A DNA stretch of 64,000 bases, taken from the NCBI RefSeq assembly GCF_037042905.1, contig NC_087263.1, forward strand, positions 8,434,001-8,498,000. Reading direction: 5' to 3'. Positions 15,001-25,497 of this stretch are shown in pieces (within the stretch, counting starts at the first letter, position 1; each line of letters opens with the position of its first letter). The translations under genes and the position numbers were made by a program. The DNA is from Lytechinus pictus (Eukaryota). A model generated the notes under the pieces. It was not told the origin of the DNA, searched no databases, and was given only the letters and a program-made list of their open reading frames with translations.

Positions 15001-18000
15001 ATTCAACTAAGGCAAACCTTTTTTTTCCTTAGTTATGTGTGATTTGGATTATTATTATTATGGAAGAGCTGTTTTATGAAAATTATCACTATTCACTCCA
15101 ACATCAGAGAGATCGAGTAAAATGCCTAACACAATCCTAAATATATACATACACTGAAAAATCACCGGTGTTGATTTAACACCAGCCCGGAATCTATATA
15201 TGTCCACACCAGAGAAGTGTTAAACAACACCAGTTTGGTTTTGGTCTAACAACACCAACTAACCAAACTGGTGTTATTTCAACTCTTCTCTGGTGTGGAA
15301 AGATATAGATTCCAGGCTGGTGTTAAATCAACACCGGAGTTTTTGCAGTGTACCGGGTGTGTTTCATGAACGGACCTATCGGAGTTTTTAACCGACGGTT
15401 ACCATAAAGAAGCATCTTATACATTCAAAATCAAGAAAATTCTTCAGATCGGCAATTGTCAGAGGAAAAAAGGAATGTTGATGAAACACTCCCCGCTCCC
15501 CTTGCAAAAGTCGTCACTCCTGACGAAGAGCAACCACTTGAAACATCGAGATCCAAAGGTTATTCTCAGAATGTTACAAAAAACAATCAAGAATTGCTTA
15601 CATGGTGCATTCACAAACCTGTTATCTAATCAAATCTTAAATATTTTAACATCCTTTACTTCACTGTACCCATTGGTTGTTTCTATCGTATAGGGCATTC
15701 GATACGGATTCATCACAACACAGATGCCCATGCCGAATACCGTAGGTGATTTCTGGTCAATGGTAATCGACTATCAACCCGCGGTCATTGTTATGCTCAA
15801 TGATGACAGCCGTGATAAGGTATACATGGTATAAGTTTATATTATTCCTTAAAACCATTACACAGCTACGGTATATATACTGTTATTTCATTTTCTCCAT
15901 CTGAGTAGTCTATTCTACAACAACCGTTCCCGTTGGTTGTATTTGTGCTACAGAGTAGCAATGATTACTGATGATTCTCATATAGATTATTATAAAAAAT
16001 GTAAAAGGGAATTTGGAAGTGGCAGTACTTAGACATTAACATCCAATGGCAGCAATTACGGTGGTAAGAGTTGCCATTATGATTTGCTATGTAATCAAGG
16101 TCAGGTTGTTTTGCCAAACTTCGACAAAAGCAATTTCAATAACTTAATTAGATGATACTCTGCCTTAACGAGTCATGTGTTACTCCAATGTGATGTTTAT
16201 TCATCATCGAGAGCAATAGTAAGAAATACGCGCCCGAGTTACATTTGGATCGGTCCTAACACACCCGAGGCCAATCCGAGTGTATTTGGACTGCTGCAAA
16301 TGTAACAAGTGTGTAATTCGGATGCCTATTATATCAGAATGACGGGTATGTTTTGTAAGAAAGAGATGTGGATGCTTGTTGAGTGACGACCCTTCTCTCA
16401 AAATCATGATTGGAATGTCCAGTAGATCTATAGTCATTACACATGTTATACATGTAAATAAGTACTAGTCCTTAACAAATTATCCTGTTAGCAAACATGA
16501 ATAAAGGGTCACGTGACATATTTCAGGCAATCATTTAGTTGGGATCCAAATCACCAATATGTAATGTTGCATTAACTAACGGCCTCAAAGTCCTATAGCA
16601 GCAGCCCTTATCGAGACAGTCTGTCTCCATCCTGTTCTCTCCATGAGGGAAGGGATATTCAATGACGTCTAGTTCTGTTACCTTTGGAGATCAACCAGAA
16701 AGTAGGACATTTTCGCTTCCATGATGTATGACAGATTCAAGAACATAGAAAATACATGTATATTGCCAAATCTTTGTTGAAAATTGGTGAATCAAAATGG
16801 CTGTTTCGTCCTGGACTCTGAACAAATCACATATTTGCAATTTTTGTCAGATCTGAAACTTTGGACGAAACTACAGTTCCGGTTCACCATTATTCGATAT
16901 AAACCCCGGGCTGCCCATTGCCATATGACGTAATTTCAATACATTTACCGTGTTCTTGAAAGCGTCGTGCGTCTTCGGAGCGGAAACTCCCTCATGACTT
17001 GTAATCAATTACCGTAATTTTATACACTCCTTGATAGAGTTGCGCTCAATACTGGTTCGACAATAGCGTTACAACATTTGGATCTGTCTCTGTAACAACG
17101 CTGTCAGTCTGTGAGAGAGAAGGGTTCATTATCAGAGAGCTTCAAGCAACTCGTGACAACTCACAGGTAACTACCGACTAGAACGTCTTTATTCTCCTTA
17201 TTCATGAGAAGTAGTGAAGTATTAACTACAATATTAAAAAACTTAATTAATGAAAACGAAAGTGTACACTCGTTGGTTTTTTTTTACTAAGCTAGATGTT
17301 TGTTCAAATACAAACCACTGTTGGAAAATGGCATTAAAAATTGACATACTGAAGCTTTTCGACATGCACTCATCGGAGTAAAATCGCATGAATTAACAGT
17401 ATGCTAGAACAAAACAATATGATAGAACTGAACAGACAGTGGACGCTATTCGAGCTGTCGGTTTGTTTTATGTTATCTTCCGAATTTACAAGACCAAACA
17501 CTTAATTCACCGTTGGTTTAAAGGAAAGGGCATGGAAAATGAATTGCACTTTTAAAACCAATAGTTGGTCATTTCATACTTTATCAAATTTTTGGTCAGT
17601 TAAAACAAAATCTAGGAGTGTGCCCAGATTTCCCAGGAATTCACCCAAGTACATAGTAAGATTCTCAAGGCTTGACTTCAATAATATAGGACAAATGACG
17701 CTTTTGTATGATTTAAATTGGAAAAAGTGTGTGCTTTATTATAAATATTTGAATCTTAAGGTTTGTCACGTTGTGAAGCAGTACCAGTTCCTGGAGTGGC
17801 CAGCTAAAGCAAAACAACAAAGAGACCGTGCCAAGAGTCTCCTTGGTTTCATTAGAGAGGTTGAGGATTCTTTCAGCGACGTTTCAGAGGAGTTCCCGGT
17901 CGTTGTTCACTGTCTGTAAGTTCACAATCTTTGTCATACATTTATCGCAATTTTTTATTGAAAGAAACAAATTTACATTCATATCCCATTCGGTAGGGGA

Positions 18001-20210
18001 AAGGAATAACGCGTGAAGTTGAAAGGGTCTCTTGAATGACGCAGCAGTATGTGAGTTTCAGTCCTCATCGTGAGACTCAAGATCATTCATGCGCATAGGC
18101 AGCGGAAGCGAGGGGGACGGGGGTCTTGCCCCCCCCCCTAAATTTGAGGTGGGGGACGAACCCCCCCTAAAATTTCTGTTGATTTTTTTTTTTGCTCGTC
18201 AATTTTGTTTCCTGCTTCCCCCCTAAATTCAGGTTAGCCCCCCTAAATTTTTTGTGGTCCCTCCTAAAATTTTGGTTGTTAACCCTTTTTTTTGGCTTGT
18301 CCAATTTTTTAACTGTTCCCATCCCAAAATTTCAGGTGGTCCCCCCTAAATTTTTTGGCTTCCGCCGCCAATGTTCATGCGCATCATTACAAAATTCTTT
18401 CAGTTTATTAGACCAACATAAATATATAAATTGTTCTAAATCTCTGCCATCCTAAGTACAAGAAAAAAGGAAAAGCTAGTATAGGGTTCACCGGACGAGT
18501 CATCAGTAACTTCGCAATTTTTTTAAGTTTGGCAGAAAATTTTTACGCACCTTTGGTAACTGCGCGCCATTCTTCGACCTATCATCTAATCATCAGTTAT
18601 AAACTTTAGTGAATTGAGAGTACCTTGAATTTTGGGCCACGTCTATATGTGGTTTTCAGTGGCGATCTCCACACTTGCTAGAGATAAAACAATGAGATAT
18701 CTTGAAGAAAAAAAACTGCTTTGAAATCCCACGTAATGCAACTAATTTCTATTAATTCCTTGATGTCTCTACTGTATATTCAAATTCATGTTCAAGGAAC
18801 GGTGTTGGTCGAACTGGTGTCTTTTGTACAACTCTAGAGTGCATTACGCAGTTGAACACAGAGGACGCAGTTGATATATTTCAACGGGTCAAGATGCTCC
18901 GGAATGAGAGGACGCACTTTGTACAAACGGAGGTAATTAATTATCAGGACATGGGCGTCAGCGCAAAGGATTATATTTTGTTCCTAGGGGGGACATCTGT
19001 CGTTGGTTCCCACCCCCCCTCAAAAAAAAAAAAAAAAATATATATTATTATTATTATCTGCGCTGACGGCCATGTATCAGGGGAGCATTTTGTGAAAGGA
19101 CTTGTCGGATGTTTTATAAAAAAATAATCGGTTTTATCCGACCGTTTCCATAGTTACATTATACAAATAATACACGTAAGCGCGTGCATGCAGGGCCAAA
19201 TAATGAACGATGTGCGAGAAGAGCCAATGGATATACCGCACCGAGGTCCGCAGGACCGAGTGCGGTATATCCATTTGACGAGTCGAGCACAGAGTTCATT
19301 ATTTATGTCCTCTATGCACAAGAATGCGTGCATTGTTTGTTTTATACACCCCCCCCCCCCTCATCACCCATGTTACCGAGTTGCCCCGAATGCTATATTT
19401 GATCTCAATTCTAGATTATTCTAGATAATTCCAGTTCCAGACCTCGCACTATCCTGCACTCTGACTTCAGAGTGCAGGATAGTACTTTTGGTATGACGTC
19501 AGAGTACAGGATAGTGCATTTTGGATGCTATAGTGCAATTCGCTGAATATCATGTGATCCGATTTGGACCAATCGGATTACAGAACATTCTTGGGAGTTG
19601 TATAAACAGTGATTCTCAGTCAGTCAAGATCAAGAAAAGTTGTCAGATCTGACTTGTCGGACAGACATATCGATGAACAATTTTTAAAATGCACCTGCAA
19701 TTTAAAAGACCTACTTGTAAAGGAGCAATGATATAAGAATACAATAATTTCAAATCGCAACTTCCTTTTTGGCATTGATTATTAATTGAAGTATATACCA
19801 CGTACTTTCCATCTTAATTACATGATCAAGGCGCTTCAGAGTAAATTTAAAATAAAGTTTTCCATTATCTCACTTTTTATTGTGGAATATAGGAAGAATA
19901 CTCTTTCATCCACGAGCTGATCAATGAATACCTACATGAAAATAACTACGAGCAGCTACCAGCACCGGTAGAGGATGAGGAACACACGTACGGGAACGTG
20001 GAGTCTACCGCAGCCCCGGATGTGACGGGCGAGGGCGTGTATGAGATAGCAAGCATCCGAGATGGCGCCGGGAACAGGCCCGAGTCATATGGTAACCTTG
20101 CAGGATTAGAAGGCAGGCAGAGTGTTGCTGCTGCAGAGCAAAGTAGGTCTGAGGAACGAAAAGCTCAGCCACCGAGAGATGATGTCTATGAAAATGTGAA
20201 TTACCGGTAA
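1..20210 (+). CDS. Receptor-type tyrosine-protein phosphatase with tandem PTP domains, 5'-partial (Ig-like/FN3 ectodomain, TM, D1, D2, Tyr-rich tail)
   Basis: Exons: <1-307, 847-1275, 2071-2182, 3146-3213, 4193-4458, 5141-5228, 6891-6967, 7161-7197, 7813-7910, 10458-10577, 11388-11536, 12003-12138, 12907-13062, 13983-14082, 14534-14607, 15694-15819, 17038-17166, 17761-17915, 18797-18932, 19893-20210. All GT-AG, phases consistent, 3081 nt in total. FN3 (VIAWDSW..GYKVY..LDDGQSYLIQISAV), TM GAAVGGAVGGIIFLVLLIVIIIIVL. D1 has KNRYKNILP, YIASQGP, DFWRMVW, KCRQYWP, WPD, HCSAGVGRTG, MVQTQEQY; D2 has HCLNGVGRTG. The 88/77/37/98-nt D1 exon series is typical of RPTP genes. Confidence 0.93.
1419..1995. 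mobile_element. Palindromic MITE with TTAA flanks (Kolobok-like)
   Basis: ttaa|AGGGATGGTCCGGGCTGAAA...TTTCAGCCCGGACCACCCCT|ttaa; about 200-bp inverted arms; related copy at 44296-44907. Confidence 0.85.
2190..2463. mobile_element. Short TIR element (MITE)
   Basis: Ends ggggctcgtcttacaaagagttg / taactctttttaagacagggtcc; related copy at about 57063-57346. Confidence 0.55.
2530..2790 (-). mobile_element. Degenerate tRNA-derived SINE (family of 37499-37797)
   Basis: Shares ccatttacctc.cctgggttgagtgc...tttcttgctgaaggaaa.tacgccatggctggg with the reverse complement of 37499-37797. Confidence 0.7.
6018..6166. repeat. Two-copy tandem repeat, about 75-bp unit
   Basis: cattttcccacgacgaggaaaa...ccccaagcggtcaaatt.aaatcta.tttatc.tcgctc occurs twice head-to-tail. 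Confidence 0.85.
8118..8332 (-). mobile_element. SINE fragment (head missing) with (TTA)n tail
   Basis: Core ggtacccatttacctcacctgggttgagtgcagcaca.tgtggat..tttcttgctgaaggaaattacgccatggctggg matches 37499-37797 inverted. Confidence 0.8.
8352..9019. mobile_element. Non-autonomous DNA transposon (Tc1/mariner-like ends in TA context)
   Basis: Ends aaacccctcaaaaaaagtt / aactttttttgaggagtt; inverted full-length copy at 28545-29302. Confidence 0.75.
9165..9236 (-). pseudogene. tRNA-like cloverleaf with TCA at the anticodon position, repeat-embedded (further copies 9575-9645 on -, 9745-9816 on +, diverged about 10222-10290 on +)
   Basis: Reverse complement: cactctg-tg-gtctagtgattacggc-a-ccggc-gttcaaa-gctgg-ggcc-ccggg-ttcgatt-cccgg-cagagac-a; A and B boxes, 5/7 acceptor pairs, TTTT just downstream. 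Confidence 0.6.
9476..9921. mobile_element. TIR element (TGT...ACA ends, ATAT flanks) with outward-facing tRNA-like modules in both arms
   Basis: atat|TGTGACAAAAGTGAATGAAGAGAACAAC ... GTTGTTCTCTCCATTCACTTCTGTCACA|atat; about 170-bp inverted arms; 9028-9436 is a tandem upstream copy of the unit. Confidence 0.65.
9930..10170 (+). mobile_element. tRNA-derived SINE (Meta-domain-like core) with (TTA)n tail
   Basis: A box tggctcagtgg, B box ggtttgatccc, core gtcataccaaagactt...cttggcgctcagcatt, tail ttattattattatt. Confidence 0.8.
15152..15350. mobile_element. Palindromic MITE (CACT...AGTG ends, TA flanks)
   Basis: cactgaaaaatcaccggtgttgatttaacaccagcc / ggctggtgttaaatcaacaccggagtttttgcagtg. Confidence 0.75.
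18094..18373. mobile_element. hAT-like MITE with 8-bp TSD
   Basis: TSD ttcatgcg at 18086-18093 and 18374-18381; TIR cataggcagcggaagc / gcttccgccgccaatg; internal cccctaaattt repeats. Confidence 0.85.
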
Positions 20211-21003
20211 TACTAAGAATATATATATCCGGTAGAAAACACCAACACCTCTTGAAACACTTCAATTTGGGTGTATATTTTTTTTTAATTAAAATGTGAC
20301 TTGGAGTTGCATAAAAAGCTCTAAATTGGAAATCACAAATGAAAGTCACATATTCATAGCAACAAATACTATAACATACAGTGTCCGTTTAAAACAAAAA
20401 AAAACATTCACTTTTGGAGGCTCATTAATCCAGGTTATTTGCCATAATTAGGGCAGCATATGCATGTATATGTTACAAGGTTTGTAGGGGTGCAATATCT
20501 AGTGTGCCATTGTCCGAGTTAATATAAGGAACTGTGCTGGTTCACAGCAATTAAACAGTATGATGTTTGTCTAAATAGGCGTACACATTTTTTCTGATTA
20601 TTGGAGACATACACCTTTTGAAAGTGTATGTCGTGTATATAAGGTTTTTGAGCCATCATCTAAAGATATGAAGTCAAAAGGCTGTGTCCCATCAGAAAAG
20701 AATCGGAAAATTACACGTTTATTGTCAAATATCTGATAAAATAGTGTATTGCATTAGTGATTCTTGATAAAGAGTATTACTCTGGAAAAAGGTAATCGAT
20801 TAGTTAACTTTAAATTACTAATTCAAAGTTGACTAATGTAAACATTTGCGGACTCATTCTTATCAAGGTTATATGTTATAAAAAATACAAAATAAAAATA
20901 GTAGGTTCATAAGTAAAGGTATTAATTATGAGTGCGTGTGTGTGAAGGTGTGTGCGTGCAGACATTGTCTCCATATTATAGTGCAGCTTGGCTGTCTTAT
21001 CTG

Positions 21004-21046
21004 AATAAAACTTTCCATTACTCCTTGTCTTATTATTTCAAATAAA
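21004..21046 (+). terminator. Candidate polyadenylation signals of the PTP gene
   Basis: AATAAA at 21004 and 21041, about 800 nt after the stop, followed by T/GT-rich sequence. Confidence 0.35.
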
Positions 21047-22140
21047 TCTGTTCATTCTCGCTTTTTTCTATCTCTCCATATTTTGAAAAATAAATTTTGT
21101 GCAAATTATATGAATGCAATAATTCTTGTCCATGTTCATAGTTGTGATATCGCAGATTTTCAAGTGAGTGTATGTATGTTGTATATTGTCATAACTATGC
21201 TATATGGTGTAAAGATTTCTTTTGTAGGTTTCGAAAATTTATGAAATATTTTGACAACGGAACAGTACTTTGAACTTCATCTCTCCATAGCACGAATATT
21301 GCCCCATAGGCCTATTCTTGCTCGTTTGTACTACTAATGTTATACAGTCATGTTATAGCTATCACCAATCCTTCAGATTTTTCAGAGCGAGACCATTATT
21401 TTCATGGCTCTAACCCACTCGTTTTTTCCGAGATGTTACTTCTCGATTATCGCTCTGCAGCCATGGCAGCGTTCGAACAAAAGTTCAACTACGATCTTTT
21501 TTATCGCATTGCAAGAAAGTAAAGAATAAAGGCGTTTAATGTTCATCGTACGGGTGAGATTTTTCAGGTACACTATCCAGAGTAAACAATGTACGATGTA
21601 CTTTATATAAGAAAAAAAATAGTTGATTGCGATATATTGAATTTATGGATGACTCGTAATTTCAGCTTCAAAGTTTGAATAACATTTCCTTTTTCATTAC
21701 AATTTGGAGTTGTCCTTCATGGAACTAAATGAGTGTTTGTATTCGTGATTGAGTTTTTGTGATGTACTTAGAGATATATGTTTTAATTAAAGAAAGGAAA
21801 GTATATATATCCATTATTTTTATGTGCTTATATAATCTGAAATGACAATGGATTTTTATAGGATGTACTTATGTTCAGGGGGCAGCGCCAGGGATGTTAT
21901 CGGAGGGGTGGGGGAGATGTCCTACAGGTGACGTCATTTTTTTCAGTCAGCTATCTATATCGGCTTTATGGAATTATACGGCCTGTGTTTCTACTTCTTA
22001 CACTCCCTCTCCTTTCTTCACCCGTCTCCCCCTCTTTCTTTTTTGTTATCCCCCTCCCCCATTTTCTTTTCCCTACAAATATCACAGAGGTTCACCCCCC
22101 CCCCGCCCCCGGTGCAGTCCCTAAGAATATCGTGTATATA

Positions 22141-23979
22141 CAGTGCGTCCCAAAAAAAACTATACGCTTTTGAAATGGCTGCCAAATAATAAATGGAGCA
22201 CTTTGGGGGAAAAGACTTATAAATATGGAAAGCCAATAAAGTCAACTTTCAAATGACACCAAAAAGTTGGAAAACTATTCATGCTTGAGCTTACTGCCCA
22301 CTGAAACAAAGGGTATGAAAATTAGGGTGGGCCGGAATTAGCCTTCCAATTTCTTTCAGGTTTTTTTGTTTGGTACTTAAAAGTTGAGGGTTATTTGGTG
22401 AATTAAAGATCATTTGTGATCAGTGTGTTGTTTGTGAAAATTTAATGCGTTATTAAATTGAAATTTAATGCATGAGTGATCATGAATTGCAATTTTTAGT
22501 GCAGCATTTTGTCTTTATCATGTGGATCTCAACAATGTGTTCATGAGAGTCAGGAGAAGAGGGGGTAATATGACTTAGGTAGGTGAAGTATGTTGATGGG
22601 ATAAAGGTCAACAGAACATTTAAGCAACCCCTCTCTCCATCTCAACCCCACCCCCCCCCCCACACTTCTCTCCTGAGAGATTAAGCTCGGCTAGACTGGG
22701 CAGGAATTAGCCTTAAAGTTTTTTGGAGTGGTTAGTCCTTTGGAACTTGCTAAGCTAAGGGTGTTAAGCTAAATTGATGAGTAAGATAAGTTTTGGTTTC
22801 TTAGGCAAATTTCACGAGTTACTAAATTGAAATGTAATGCATGAGTGAACCGGAGTTGTAATTTTAGTGTAGCATATTCATCTTGTGGACCTCAGAAGTG
22901 TGTTCGTGAGAGGCAGAGTAATGTGATGGTACCTGTTACAAGCAAGAGGGCGAGATATGCTAAGACTTGGTTAAAAGGGCATTCCTCTTCTTTTTGTCCT
23001 TTTTACAAATTAATAGTCATATGTACCATCCCTTCTCCACCTCCATTTCCCAGCCTCCCCCCCCCCCCTCTCTCTCTCTCTGTCTCTTTTCCTGGATTGC
23101 AGCCTATTTAAAACTTAACTGCCAAGTGACCGGTGGCTGATGGTCATTTTTTTATTGAATCATTACCAAGAAATTTAATGATTATGATGATTAATGAAAT
23201 AATTTATTGGAAAAAAAATGAATGTTTGACTGATCACATTGCACATTGAATGAGTTGATTTACTAATAAATTGTTGATTCAATGATTGATAGGAAAAAGT
23301 TGATGCCCCAATTCAGAATTTATCATTAAATCGACATTCTGCTCTGGACTTCACGCATACATGACAATAGCCATCAGTCTCACAACAGGAGGGGAGGATG
23401 GGAAAGAGGGAGGGGGAGGGTGGGAAAGAGGGAGGGGGCGGGGACTCAATGTTCTGTTGACCCTTATTCCATCAACCTGCTTCTCCCACTTAAATCCTAT
23501 CTCACCCCCATCCTCCAGACTCCCATGAACACATTGCTGAGATCCACATGATAAAGTTGAAATGCTGCCCAAAAAAGAGATCCAAATGATAAAGTTGAAA
23601 TGCTGCCCCAAAAGTATAATTTATGCTCACTAGTGCATTAAAGTTCAATTTAATAATTTATGAAATTTGCTTATGCAACCAAAACTGGTCATGGTTGATC
23701 ATTAATTTATCACAACGCCCTTAACTTTGCAAGTTCAAAAGGATTTGCCTCTTAAAAACTGACACAAATTGGAAGGCTAATTCCAGCCCACCCTAATTTT
23801 CATACCCTTTGTTTCAGTGGGCAGTGCTCGCTCAAGCATGAATAGTTTTCCAACTTTTTGGTGTCATTTGAAAGTTGACTTTATTTGCTTTCCATATATG
23901 TAAGTCTTTTTCAGCAAAGTGCTCCATTTATTATTTGGCAGCCATTTCAAAAGTGTATAGTTTTTTTTGGGACGCACTG
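22141..23979. mobile_element. Non-autonomous Tc1/mariner-type element, about 1.84 kb
   Basis: ta|CAGTGCGTCCCAAAAAAAACTATAC ... GTATAGTTTTTTTTGGGACGCACTG|ta; over 200 bp near-perfect TIRs, longer degenerate arms inside, no transposase ORF. Confidence 0.9.
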
Positions 23980-24726
23980 TATATATATATTTGTATGTGC
24001 TATACACCATTTAGAATGACAATGAGGTTTACAGGGTCTTAAAAGGCGATTTCTAAGAGAACAGATATGCTGCTCCCTAATCAAACTTTGAGAATTGTGT
24101 ATAATTGTGTCGTTAATATTTATGTTTCTTTAATGTTTACTCAGAAGTACATGTATATCCAGCATTTAGGAATGCAATATATTAGCTAGCATAGTTTAGC
24201 TGAGTCATTGTGATAAATACGCAACCATATGGTTTATTTTCATATTATTATTGTCTTTGTAAATGGTAATTTAATACAAACTCTAATATCGATTCTTATT
24301 TTTCATCTTTTTCTTAAAATGATTATCATTTTTCTTATCAATAATATTGTTTTTTATTATTGTTTTATTACCTTTCCTCCAGACTGACTTACTCATTCTT
24401 GTATGTTGTATACATATTAAAGTTGCATCAAGTGTAATATTTGTTGAATATGCATTTTGTAATGACAATACATATTAGATCATAATAAATCATTGATAAT
24501 AATTTTTATGTGCAATTTTCCCCCTTATACTGTTTTTTTTTCGTTTTGATTTTTTATGGGGGATGGGACACACGACATAAGCCCATACAGCACCCCCCCC
24601 CCCCCCCTCTAAAAAAAACATTAATCAGAAGGTAAAACTTTTAAAACTTATTTCTTGAGGAAGAGTGGTGTCCTTATATGCTCATATTGGCTGCTCCCCC
24701 CTAAAAAAAAATGATATATATATATA

Positions 24727-24886
24727 TAGGCGAAAAAAAGACAAAACGATTGGACGTTGCTGATAGACCACAATTTAATCCGAGCTTTTGGCCTAAGGCC
24801 TTTTTCATGGGTTCTATGGGCCAAAAGCTCGGATTAAATTGTGGTCTATCAGCAACGTCCAATCGTCTTGTCTTTTTTTTTGCCTA
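24727..24886. repeat. Near-perfect hairpin (about 68-bp arms), probably a minimal MITE
   Basis: taggcgaaaaaaagacaaaacgattggacgttgctgatagaccacaatttaatccgagcttttggcc mirrored by ggccaaaagctcggattaaattgtggtctatcagcaacgtccaatcgtcttgtcttttttt..gccta. Confidence 0.85.
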
Positions 24887-24938
24887 TGTATTTGGTGCAA
24901 GACACAGTAGTCATGTTAAGGAGTAGATGCCTGGTTAC

Positions 24939-24941
<3 letters not shown>

Positions 24942-25002
<61 letters not shown>
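24942..25002. repeat. (TA)n microsatellite
   Basis: About 30 uninterrupted TA units. Confidence 0.95.
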
Positions 25003-25006
<4 letters not shown>

Positions 25007-25312
25007 GAAATAAATTTTTTTTTTTTAATAAAGTAGAAAAAAGGAAAAATAATAAATAATTGGAATTAAATAAGTAAACATAAAAAAAGCAGAAAGGTTC
25101 ATTTTAGGACAAATTGCAGGTTGGTCTACAGCCACTTGTCTCCTTTTTTGTTCATCTTACCCTCCTCCGTCTTAACCAGCTCTTCTACAATTTTCTTTTT
25201 TCGATTTGCCATTTAGCCCATTTACCATAGTGTTCAACTCTTAATGTGCCATTCACTGTAAACAGCAAGTGCCATTTTTTCAGAGAGTCTAGATATTTAA
25301 TTATTTAAATTT

Positions 25313-25497
25313 AGTCGGTAGAGCGGGGGACTCGTATTCCGGTGACCCGGGTTCGATTCCCACTTGGTGCGCTAGTGCCCTTTGGTAAGGCATTAATCCT
25401 CAGTACCAGGTCCTTCGGAGGGGACCTTAAGCCGTCGGTCCTCTGGTTGCTTGCTTACAAGCATTCATGCTTTCTTAGCAATCAGGTAAAAAAATCA
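25313..25497 (+). mobile_element. tRNA-derived SINE
   Basis: agtcggtagagc...gggttcgattccc head, body gtgccctttggtaaggcatta...ggaccttaagccg; inverted copy at 50165-50353. Confidence 0.8.
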
